Below, piece after piece: positions 19,190 to 26,768 of a DNA stretch of 64,000 nucleotides. The translations under genes and the position numbers were made by a program. The stretch comes from Clostridiaceae bacterium (GTDB taxonomy: Bacteria; Bacillota; Clostridia; SK-Y3): contig JAAYHJ010000016.1 of assembly GCA_012735465.1 (NCBI GenBank), forward strand, positions 16,648 to 80,647, read 5' to 3'. The notes below the pieces were generated by a model. The model had not been told where the DNA came from. It did no database searches and saw only the letters and a list, made by a program, of their open reading frames with translations. How positions within the stretch are numbered: position 1 is the first letter of the stretch; every line of letters begins with the position of its first letter.

Positions 19190-20179
19190 TCATACATATC
19201 CATATAGACCCCTGACGGATACTTCACCTGATAAGATGCGGTGTTTTATTCCGTCATCCGTCCGCACCACAAGCTGTCCGTCATCCGCTACATCCACAGC
19301 AGTACCTTCAATAACCTCTTCCTTAAGATTGACCTTTACCCTTCGTCCTAAGGTAACACAATAACCCTTATATTCGTTTATCATCATTTTTCTTGCATCT
19401 TTATCCCGCATTTTCATATATGCTTGTTCAAAGTTTTCAAGTAATTTTACAATCAATTCATTTCGGTCTATATCCCGTCCTGTAACGCTACTTAAAGAAG
19501 TCGCCATCCCTTTTATTTCTTCCGAAAAATCCGACTTGTTTATATTAACATTTATGCCGATTCCCACCACAATGTAATTCACATGTCCAATCTCTGCACT
19601 CATCTCGGTAAGTATGCCACAAACCTTTTTACTTTCCAGTACAATGTCGTTGGGCCATTTGATTCCTGCATGTACTCCTGCCACGTTTTCTATGGCATGT
19701 ACTGTTGCCAGGGACGCAAGCATTGTCATAAACGGAGCCTGTTCCGGTAAAATATCCGGCCGCAAAATAATTGACATCCATATTCCTGACCGAGGTGGCG
19801 AAACCCATTTTCTTCCCAACCGACCCCTACCGGACGTCTGACCTTCTGCAATAACTATCGTACCTTCTTCGCACCCTTCTGCTGCCTCTTTCTTGGCAAT
19901 GGTATTGGTGGAAGCAACCGTATCATAATAAAGTATGTTCTTACCAAAAAACTGTGAAGATAACCTCATACGTATTTCTTCCGGCACTATGGAACCGGAC
20001 AAGGCAATCAGTTTATACCCCTTTTTTGAAGAGGATTCTATAACATACCCTTCTTCCCTAAGGGCTGAAATATGCTTCCAGACAGATGTCCGGGATATCC
20101 CCAGACTACTGCTGATCTGTTCTCCGGAAATATATTTATGCATGTTATCCTTCAATATCTTTAAAATTCTAGCTTTCAT
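19190..20179 (-). CDS. birA: Bifunctional biotin--[acetyl-CoA-carboxylase] ligase / biotin operon repressor
   Basis: N-terminal HTH (ISGEQISSSLGISRTSVWKHI) and GRGRLGRKW biotin-binding motif. Start at ATG 20179 (RBS GGAGA). Confidence 0.92.
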   Translation of the reverse strand: MKARILKILKDNMHKYISGEQISSSLGISRTSVWKHISALREEGYVIESSSKKGYKLIALSGSIVPEEIRMRLSSQFFGKNILYYDTVASTNTIAKKEAAEGCEEGTIVIAEGQTSGRGRLGRKWVSPPRSGIWMSIILRPDILPEQAPFMTMLASLATVHAIENVAGVHAGIKWPNDIVLESKKVCGILTEMSAEIGHVNYIVVGIGINVNINKSDFSEEIKGMATSLSSVTGRDIDRNELIVKLLENFEQAYMKMRDKDARKMMINEYKGYCVTLGRRVKVNLKEEVIEGTAVDVADDGQLVVRTDDGIKHRILSGEVSVRGLYGYV

Positions 20180-20202
20180 TGCTTTCTCCATTTTTCTAAT
20201 AT

Positions 20203-20466
20203 TTATCGCCCTGATATGTACATGACTACAAGGGCAATATCCACAACAAAAAAACCCGCTGCAACAATCCAGGAAAGAAGGCGGATAATATAGGCCGGAA
20301 CCCGTTTCAGTTTCTTAAGATATTGCAGGAATAAAAACAAACCCATAAAAATTATACCCAACCCGTATGGATTATATGGGTTTATTGCCATGCTGCTAAA
20401 GCCTCCTATGAAGCATAAAGCAGACAGCACAAACATACCATACCCATATGAACTAATATTTTTCAT
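20203..20466 (-). CDS. Small hypothetical membrane protein (3 TM)
   Basis: Hydrophobic 87-102 aa ORF. Start MKNISSYGYG has RBS AAGGGTG. Confidence 0.45.
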   Translation of the reverse strand: MKNISSYGYGMFVLSALCFIGGFSSMAINPYNPYGLGIIFMGLFLFLQYLKKLKRVPAYIIRLLSWIVAAGFFVVDIALVVMYISGR

Positions 20467-20558
20467 TATTAACACCCTTACGCCTTTACTTTCACATAAA
20501 TTATACACCAATATAAAATTTTTTCAAGTGAAAGCAATAAACCCAGGTACATTGCAAA

Positions 20559-20592
20559 GGTCCTACTGCCCGCTGAAGCGGGCAGTAGGACC
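20559..20592 (-). terminator. 15-bp perfect GC-rich hairpin closing the agr-like operon
   Basis: ggtcctactgcccgc-tgaa-gcgggcagtaggacc, 19 nt after the orf77 stop. The trailing T-run is weak (TTTG). Confidence 0.6.
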
Positions 20593-20610
20593 TCTGTAGT
20601 TGTGTTCCTC

Positions 20611-20844
20611 TTAGGCTTGGTGATATATTCTGAGAATAATACCTTCTTCTATTTCAAACTGTACCATTCCATTTTTCTCCAAAATTTTGTCCTCCACAGA
20701 TGTCCATATAGGCGGTACACCTATTCCCAGCTCATCGCATATGCTAACATATGCAATGAAAAAGCCTTTTCTGTCATTATACATCAGTTTAGCTGTTTTA
20801 GTTATTGTTCCCTCCTGAATGATTTCTCCTACTAGCGTTTTCAT
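20611..20844 (-). CDS. Hypothetical 77-aa soluble protein translationally coupled to agrB
   Basis: ATG 20842-20844 overlaps the agrB TGA 20841-20843 (ATGA). RBS GAAGGAG lies 6 nt upstream. Product MKTLVGEIIQEGTITKTAKLMYNDRKGFFIAYVSICDELGIGVPP... I recognise no family. Confidence 0.6.
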   Translation of the reverse strand: MKTLVGEIIQEGTITKTAKLMYNDRKGFFIAYVSICDELGIGVPPIWTSVEDKILEKNGMVQFEIEEGIILRIYHQA

Positions 20845-21410
20845 GCGCATCTCCTTCTATTAGCTAACTTTCCCAGAAAAAGAGTTAATGCTTCTATAAA
20901 TATTGCTATCACTGCTGTACCGGAGTATATATCAGGCAATAGAAAACTCATGGCTCCCATAACACATATAGCAGCCACCGAAAAATACTTTAAACGTAAT
21001 CTTCTGGACTGGCTGATAATAGGTTTATTTGGATGGTCCACTGGTGCAAATACTACCGCCAGAATAATTGATAGCAAAATGATGTATACTTTTACATTTA
21101 CTGGGAATGTATAACTTTTCCCCATTATAATAATTATTGTAAAAATAAGTAAAGTTGTAAAAAAACAGCGCCAGTACGTCTTTGAATGGTATCCTCCTGC
21201 TATTATGCGAAGCGTGCAAAAGAATATTGCTGCAACAAGAAAATAATCCAGTACCTTGAAAACTGAAAATAGGAAAACATATATTAGCATTTTTGTAATC
21301 TCACCTATAAGACATTCCAATCCATATTTAATTGTTCTGACTTGCAAATCTGTTAATTCTGTATTTTCACGCTGAATGGCATTGGTGATCTTCCTCGCTA
21401 ACTTTTCCAT
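20841..21410 (-). CDS. agrB: Accessory gene regulator B (AgrB) family peptide-processing membrane protease
   Basis: 189 aa, polytopic. It carries the conserved RIIAGGYHSKTYWRC His/Cys pair and the APVDHPNKPI motif (compare S. aureus APAATKKKPI). Confidence 0.88.
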   Translation of the reverse strand: MEKLARKITNAIQRENTELTDLQVRTIKYGLECLIGEITKMLIYVFLFSVFKVLDYFLVAAIFFCTLRIIAGGYHSKTYWRCFFTTLLIFTIIIIMGKSYTFPVNVKVYIILLSIILAVVFAPVDHPNKPIISQSRRLRLKYFSVAAICVMGAMSFLLPDIYSGTAVIAIFIEALTLFLGKLANRRRCA

Positions 21411-22746
21411 TATTATTCTTCCTTACATTAAATGTTATTAAAAACTCTGTTTCTTCTTCTGAACTAAATACGGAAATATTACCATTATTCTGCTGAACAA
21501 ATTTTTTAACAATATATAGTCCATATCCACGGTCTTTCTTATCATCTACATCCTTTGTGGAAAAACCGCTTTCAAATATTTTTTCCCTTATTTCATGAGG
21601 TATCATAGGACCGTTATCAGAAATAGATAAATAAAATTTGTCGTTTTCAATATAGGTGCAAAGAGATACCACTTTTCCGCTTTTTTCCGGAACGGAAAGG
21701 AAGGATTCAAAAGCATTGTCTAAAATATTTCCCACAATACTTGTCAAGTGGCTGTTATTTACATCCGCTTGGCTAAAAGGTGCTTCTATATCAACTTCCA
21801 GGTAAATATCATTTTCAAAGGCAAAATTATTTTTTACTGCCAGCAGCCCATCTATGTAAACATTTCCCGAATTAAAACACCGTACCGACGACTTCAGATT
21901 ATTAGTTAACTGCCTAATATATAATTCCATTTTCTCCAGGGCATCCGGTTTCTTCAACATGCAAATCGCAAGAAGTGTATTTAAATGATTTGTGAAATCG
22001 TGCTTTTCCCTTCTTATTATTTCAACAATAGTTTCCATGTTCTTTACATACTCTTGCTGCTCGTCCATTTTATATTTAAGCTTTAACATATTTTCCCTTT
22101 CATTGAGGTCAATAAAACATAATATAACGTACAGCAAATATATGATGAATAATAAAATATTGTAATGGGTGACATTTTTCTGCTGCGATACAACATAATT
22201 AACGCTTGCCATAAATACGGACATCATAAAAACCTGCATAATGACAAAGGAAAATGCGGATTTACCCTCATTTATTTCATTATGAATTTTAATACTAACA
22301 TTAAAACGGTAAAGTAAAATAGCCAAACCGGACTGAGCTATCTTACAACAAAGGGCATGAACAAATTTATTATTCGGTACCGCTAACAGTTCAGACATAT
22401 TGGTATTTAATAAGGTCATCCCAATAACCAAGATAATTGATTCGGTCACTATCAGAGTAACTCCAATGACAATCACAGTAATGGTTGAAGAATAAAAGCT
22501 GGATTTGGTAATAAAACTCAACACTATAATCATGAAAGCAGCTATACAAAGGGTATGAAATATGGGAGAAATATAGTTGGTAGCCCAATAAGTAAAAAAG
22601 GTATACAATAATATAAATACTATTGATTTAAATCTATTTTGTCTAATAAATTGTTTTATATTATTTAAACATGTAAAATAAACAAGTACAATAATTGATT
22701 CCCAAAAATCAAATAGTATTTCACGGGCAAAACTTATATTCCCCAT
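21367..22746 (-). CDS. AgrC-like (HPK10 family) sensor histidine kinase
   Basis: 459 aa with about 6 N-terminal TM helices, H-box IIRREKHDFTNHLNTL and a GHKL ATPase region (NILDNAFES...DNGPMIP...GFSTK...GYGLYIV). Overlaps agrB by 44 nt. Confidence 0.85.
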   Translation of the reverse strand: MGNISFAREILFDFWESIIVLVYFTCLNNIKQFIRQNRFKSIVFILLYTFFTYWATNYISPIFHTLCIAAFMIIVLSFITKSSFYSSTITVIVIGVTLIVTESIILVIGMTLLNTNMSELLAVPNNKFVHALCCKIAQSGLAILLYRFNVSIKIHNEINEGKSAFSFVIMQVFMMSVFMASVNYVVSQQKNVTHYNILLFIIYLLYVILCFIDLNERENMLKLKYKMDEQQEYVKNMETIVEIIRREKHDFTNHLNTLLAICMLKKPDALEKMELYIRQLTNNLKSSVRCFNSGNVYIDGLLAVKNNFAFENDIYLEVDIEAPFSQADVNNSHLTSIVGNILDNAFESFLSVPEKSGKVVSLCTYIENDKFYLSISDNGPMIPHEIREKIFESGFSTKDVDDKKDRGYGLYIVKKFVQQNNGNISVFSSEEETEFLITFNVRKNNNGKVSEEDHQCHSA

Positions 22747-22776
22747 ATTTAAAACCCCTTTTTAATTAATTATAAT

Positions 22777-22803
22777 AAAAAGGATGCAATATGCATCCTT
22801 TTT
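22777..22803 (-). terminator. Intercistronic hairpin/partial terminator between agrD and the kinase gene
   Basis: aaaaaggatgca-ata-tgcatccttttt: a 7-bp core stem extended by A/T runs. It overlaps the agrD stop codon. Confidence 0.5.
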
Positions 22804-22945
22804 ATTTGAGAAGTTCTTTAGGGCATTCCGGCTGATAGGAAGTGAAGAAAGAAGTAATCTGTACACCTCCTACTGCTACTGCAAGTGCCAGAGCTCCTAA
22901 AATGGATAAGGAGTACTTTCTTAAAAAGGATACGATATTTTTCAT
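22802..22945 (-). CDS. agrD: AgrD-type cyclic autoinducing-peptide precursor (47 aa), absent from the ORF track
   Basis: My translation is MKNIVSFLRKYSLSILGALALAVAVGGVQITSFFTSYQPECPKELLK. RBS GGAGGAGGG lies 7 nt upstream. The YQPECPKELL tail matches the AgrD (Y/H)(E/Q)PxxPxEL recognition motif. Confidence 0.7.
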   Translation of the reverse strand: MKNIVSFLRKYSLSILGALALAVAVGGVQITSFFTSYQPECPKELLK

Positions 22946-22976
22946 AAAAAACCCTCCTCCTTTGTTGGTTTATCTA

Positions 22977-22985
22977 ATTATACCA
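22977..22985 (-). promoter_or_regulatory. Extended -10 element (TGGTATAAT) upstream of agrD
   Basis: Minus strand TGTGGTATAAT, 32 nt upstream of the agrD ATG. No good -35 element. Confidence 0.45.
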
Positions 22986-23048
22986 CAAAGGAAAGGCAAT
23001 ATTTTGTAAAATTTTGTATGTAGTGTAAAAAAATTTTCTCCTAATTTT

Positions 23049-23534
23049 CTACAAATAATGATTGCAAATGCAACTTGTCAGTTTATTATTATACATCTCG
23101 ATTACCCCATAGGAATAATTACCCCATTTAGGCAAGGATATACTGCCGGGATTTAATACTAGCATACCATTTTTGTACGTTTCATATGCTTCATGGGTAT
23201 GACCGAACAATATCGCATCTGCTTTTAAAGATATGCCCTTATTAATAATCGTATCATATTCATATTTTACGCGGTATAAATGGCCATGGGTAATGAATAT
23301 TTTTTTATCACCTATTTCCAATACTTTTTCAGAGGGAACAGAATATTTATAATAATAATCATTATTTCCTGCAACGAATTCAACAGGGATATTAGGATAA
23401 AGTATTCTTAAGTCTTCCGCATCCCTTACAATATCCCCGAGATGGATAATCATATCTATATCTACAATTCTATCAATAACATCTATGCATCTTCGAATGT
23501 TACCATGGGAATCACTAAAAATCAACAGCCTCAT
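23049..23534 (-). CDS. YfcE/MJ0936-family metallophosphoesterase
   Basis: 161 aa with MRLLIFSDSHGN, HLGDIV, GNND, THGH and GHTH motifs. Confidence 0.85.
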   Translation of the reverse strand: MRLLIFSDSHGNIRRCIDVIDRIVDIDMIIHLGDIVRDAEDLRILYPNIPVEFVAGNNDYYYKYSVPSEKVLEIGDKKIFITHGHLYRVKYEYDTIINKGISLKADAILFGHTHEAYETYKNGMLVLNPGSISLPKWGNYSYGVIEMYNNKLTSCICNHYL

Positions 23535-23618
23535 TTTTTTACCTATTCTTTACTTATTTTCTCAAAAAAAATTATATCATTCGTTCCGCCTATGTCAATA
23601 CCAATTTGGAGTAAAACT

Positions 23619-23662
23619 AAAAAGGTTCCTTAATTTTCCGATTAAAGATTAAGGAACCTTTT
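23619..23662 (-). terminator. Rho-independent terminator
   Basis: aaaaggttccttaat...attaaggaacctttt: 15-bp stems with a T-run on the minus strand, 16 nt after the stop at 23678. Confidence 0.75.
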
Positions 23663-23677
23663 AATTGCTCAATTTTT

Positions 23678-24049
23678 TTACAGGACTTTTCCAGGTATAA
23701 TCGCATCTACAATTCCAAAAATAATGGCAGCAATTATTGCACCAAACAATGTAATATTATATCCTGCTACTATGAATTTTGTTGCATAAATAATAACTGC
23801 AGCCAGTATAAAACCGGTTATACCCCTTCCAAAAGGAGATGCATCGGTCCGAAGAACTTTAGATACACCGTAATCCAGCAAGGATAATACAATTGCTGCG
23901 AGCACCAAAGACCATATGCTGTCAATGGTAAAGCCCGGCGTAAAAAATGCAGTAATAGCTAATACAACGGCTGCTGCAACCAGTCTCCCTATAAGCCCAC
24001 CAAAAGTACTTTTTGTTTCTGTATTTTGAACATTATCCTGAGTTGCCAT
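23678..24049 (-). CDS. 4-TM membrane protein, phage-holin-4-like (DUF360-type) family
   Basis: 123 aa. The FTPGFTIDSIWSLVLAAIVLSLLD and VAGYNITLFGAIIAAIIFGIVD repeats resemble the PGfxvdxfw pattern of that family. No phage context. Confidence 0.5.
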   Translation of the reverse strand: MATQDNVQNTETKSTFGGLIGRLVAAAVVLAITAFFTPGFTIDSIWSLVLAAIVLSLLDYGVSKVLRTDASPFGRGITGFILAAVIIYATKFIVAGYNITLFGAIIAAIIFGIVDAIIPGKVL

Positions 24050-24289
24050 ACTCTATCTTCCTTTCACATATATAAAATTTTTATATTGATTTAGATTTGC
24101 AAGCATATAATATATTTTACCTGCAAATATTTAAATATATTTAAAAGTCATTTCAGTAATATTGTGCATTGAAACGGGAAAAGTATTCTTCCAATTTTTG
24201 AATTAAAATTCTTCATATAATTATATTTAATTAAATTTAGAAAGGATGATTAAAATGTTTTCAAAAGACAAAGATGTATTTTTCCAAAG

Positions 24290-24502
24290 TCATAAAAATA
24301 TTCTTATCAACATATACAAGGCAACCGACCCTATTGCATACACTATGCCGCCAATTCGCGCAACCGCTGCTTCCTTGTAAAACCCTCCGCTTTCTATATA
24401 TGGGGCAATTACCAATGTACTTACTGCTCCGCAATATATTGACAGAACCACGAAATACAGTGAAATAATCCCTTCAATTATATCAAAAGCATAGTTAAGC
24501 AT
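24290..24502 (-). CDS. Small hypothetical membrane protein (2 TM) downstream of the ger operon
   Basis: 70-aa hydrophobic ORF, 30 nt after the Ger(x)C stop. Confidence 0.45.
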   Translation of the reverse strand: MLNYAFDIIEGIISLYFVVLSIYCGAVSTLVIAPYIESGGFYKEAAVARIGGIVYAIGSVALYMLIRIFL

Positions 24503-24532
24503 CCTTGTTCACCTTCCTGCCAAAATTCTGCA

Positions 24533-25669
24533 TTATTGCGAAAAACCTACCGTCCTCACATAAGCTTCTACATTCATATTCAATTTTGATTTTTTAAAAA
24601 TATTTCTCCAGTCTTTTTCATGTTCTTTCCACCAACGAAGGTTATAATTTTTTACCAGCTTTCCAAGACCCAAAAAATCCGCATTGAATTCATCCTGTGA
24701 TTTTTTTAAAATTTCATTGCACTCTTTTTTTACCAATTCCTCGATGGAACTCTGAAGGCTTTCTATATATGCAGAAGATTCGGTAACCCGGTAATCCAGG
24801 TCTTCCATCTCTGTTACTCTTCCCTCTATACGAATATGCACGTTAAAATCCACCTTATCCTCGTAAAATACCGGCTTTATAGTTGTTCTTACTTCTTCCG
24901 TAACAAAAACAGTTGCCCCTTGGGACCCTGCTATGTTTTCAAACTTTATAATCCCTTCGGTCATATCTCGAGTAAGCCATTTGGCTTTTCGTATGTCTTC
25001 ATCGGAAAGAAAACCTATGAGCTTATCTTCTCTAAACACAGCCCCTCCTGCCAATGAAATATCCTCTTCACCTTTTGATAATTTTTGAAGTAAAAAGTCC
25101 ATATTGGACACCATAACTTTTGACATTTTCAGCAAATCCATACTTGGACTAATACGATAAAGGCGTTTTGCATTTAAAACCGATATCTCATTTAGATACT
25201 GGGCTGTGCTCATTGCAGTGGGAGGGGTCACTTCAAGAATATCCTTTGCTTTTCCTTCCGCTACCATTACATTGGTTTGCAGCCTGATATCAATTTCCCT
25301 TAAAAACAGGTCCATATATTTGCGGATTCCGTCCCTGGCAAGTTCTTCCCCAATGATCAGCACCTGGGTATGTTCCAGATCAATTACTTTGTTCATCCTT
25401 GCCAACATTTTTTTATCTGCCACTATAAAACGGTCAGCAACAGCACTAATATTCCATGTCTTGTTCTCTTCCGCCCCTTCACCAAACATCCCTTGCGGTA
25501 AAGCTATTTGATAAGTAACAACTATTTCCCCTTCATTTTCACCCTTATCCAACCCCATTCCCATAACAAATCCCCTGTCTTCAATCTCCACAATATCCCA
25601 GCATCCGGACAAAGGAAGTATAGAGATTATACACAGAAAGATTAAAAAGTTTCTTTTATACTTTCTCAC
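24533..25669 (-). CDS. Spore germination receptor subunit C, Ger(x)C-family lipoprotein
   Basis: Lipobox LPLSGCWD. 378 aa. Third gene of the A-B-C operon. Confidence 0.85.
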   Translation of the reverse strand: MRKYKRNFLIFLCIISILPLSGCWDIVEIEDRGFVMGMGLDKGENEGEIVVTYQIALPQGMFGEGAEENKTWNISAVADRFIVADKKMLARMNKVIDLEHTQVLIIGEELARDGIRKYMDLFLREIDIRLQTNVMVAEGKAKDILEVTPPTAMSTAQYLNEISVLNAKRLYRISPSMDLLKMSKVMVSNMDFLLQKLSKGEEDISLAGGAVFREDKLIGFLSDEDIRKAKWLTRDMTEGIIKFENIAGSQGATVFVTEEVRTTIKPVFYEDKVDFNVHIRIEGRVTEMEDLDYRVTESSAYIESLQSSIEELVKKECNEILKKSQDEFNADFLGLGKLVKNYNLRWWKEHEKDWRNIFKKSKLNMNVEAYVRTVGFSQ

Positions 25670-26768
25670 TTTTCTTTTCTCCCTTCTTGCGAATCAATGC
25701 AATTACCAGCAGAATTCCCGGAACAGTTACCACCACAGCAACCCCTAGATAAGACACCCATATGCTGTATTTATTTACCTCGCCAATATCCTGTGGAATT
25801 AATGATAAGAGATAAATTAAGGGCAAAATCAAATAACTAAAGGGCCTGTAATTTTTTAGCCCAACAAGCCTTGTTACATTATAGGTCGCAAGATAATAAA
25901 AAATTGAAATGGTAGTAAAAATGTTAAATATCCAAGGCACAGCAAATAATATATCAAATCTCTCCCCAAATACCCCTGGAAAAGAAATTGCCCTTGCCAT
26001 CTCCAGGGTAGGATAGGGGGAATATTTGAGTTTGTCAATTCCAAATACTCCTATGCTAATTGCCGTTGTTAAAGTAAATAAGGTAATGCAAAAAACAATA
26101 GCTACTGCGCTATAGGTTATTAATTTTTTGGGCCGGGCTGCAAAGGCTCCTGCAAAAAACAAGACTTCAAAACCTAAATAGGCCAACATAACCGAAGGAA
26201 TCTCCTTCAATAGGGTTAATATATCTATCTGCCAAAAGGAATACAGTTCCCGGATATCAAAAATGGTTAAGCTTACCACTGTCAATATGCCAAGAGCAAT
26301 AATTACAATGGGCAAAAAGGCTTCACAAATCCTTGCCAGAGGATTGATACCATTTTGTACGAGGTATGCCGACAGCACCAGAATAGTTCCAATGATGATC
26401 TCCGTAGGTGTTTTTTCCAAAAGAAACATATTGACTGTAACAGCAAATATCCGCACCACAATGGAAGCAACGCCGATAAAATATATAAATAATATGCCGT
26501 TTATTATTTTAGAACCCAACTTCCCCACCAGCTTTTTACTGTAGTCCAAAACTGTTTGACCGGGGAATAAGCTTCCAAGATATGCAATTACCGATGTAAA
26601 CAATAGGGTTATCAGTCCCGTAACAAAGGTTAAGATTACTCCCCCCGATGCCATTTTTTCTATTGCCTTGGCCGGAAGGGACATAAACCCCACTCCCATG
26701 ATTGCCGAGATAGTCAGTATTGCCAGTTGAATTCCACTTAGCATGTCTTTCTGTTGCTTCAAATACAA
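25656..26768 (-). CDS. Spore germination receptor subunit B (GerAB/APC-superfamily-like permease)
   Basis: 370 aa with about 10 TM. Overlaps the C-subunit start and abuts the A-subunit stop. Confidence 0.85.
   Translation of the reverse strand: MYLKQQKDMLSGIQLAILTISAIMGVGFMSLPAKAIEKMASGGVILTFVTGLITLLFTSVIAYLGSLFPGQTVLDYSKKLVGKLGSKIINGILFIYFIGVASIVVRIFAVTVNMFLLEKTPTEIIIGTILVLSAYLVQNGINPLARICEAFLPIVIIALGILTVVSLTIFDIRELYSFWQIDILTLLKEIPSVMLAYLGFEVLFFAGAFAARPKKLITYSAVAIVFCITLFTLTTAISIGVFGIDKLKYSPYPTLEMARAISFPGVFGERFDILFAVPWIFNIFTTISIFYYLATYNVTRLVGLKNYRPFSYLILPLIYLLSLIPQDIGEVNKYSIWVSYLGVAVVVTVPGILLVIALIRKKGEKKSEKV

Noticed and set aside
20571-20582. Shared CGC-TGAA-GCG tetraloop hairpin core in the agr terminator (20559-20592) and the IS palindrome centre (49431-49444), considered as a repeat family.
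   Set aside because: The similarity is limited to about 10 nt of a GC stem plus a tetraloop, and the flanking stems are unrelated. This is most likely coincidence.
23001-23033. Direct repeats TTTTACA spaced 19 bp apart (minus strand) upstream of agrD, considered as LytTR/AgrA-type binding sites.
   Set aside because: LytTR sites are about 9-bp repeats with 12-13-bp spacers (21-22-bp period) and a different consensus. A 19-bp period of an A/T-only heptamer is expected by chance in this AT-rich region.
23678-24049. Prophage or lysis-cassette interpretation of the holin-4-like membrane protein.
   Set aside because: There is no endolysin, integrase, terminase or any other phage gene nearby. This family is widespread as a chromosomal membrane protein.
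24255-24383. 42-codon + strand ORF with a weak RBS (AAAGGATGA), overlapping the 3' end of the 70-aa membrane-protein gene.
   Set aside because: It overlaps a more plausible hydrophobic minus-strand ORF that continues the ger operon. Its product has no distinguishing features.
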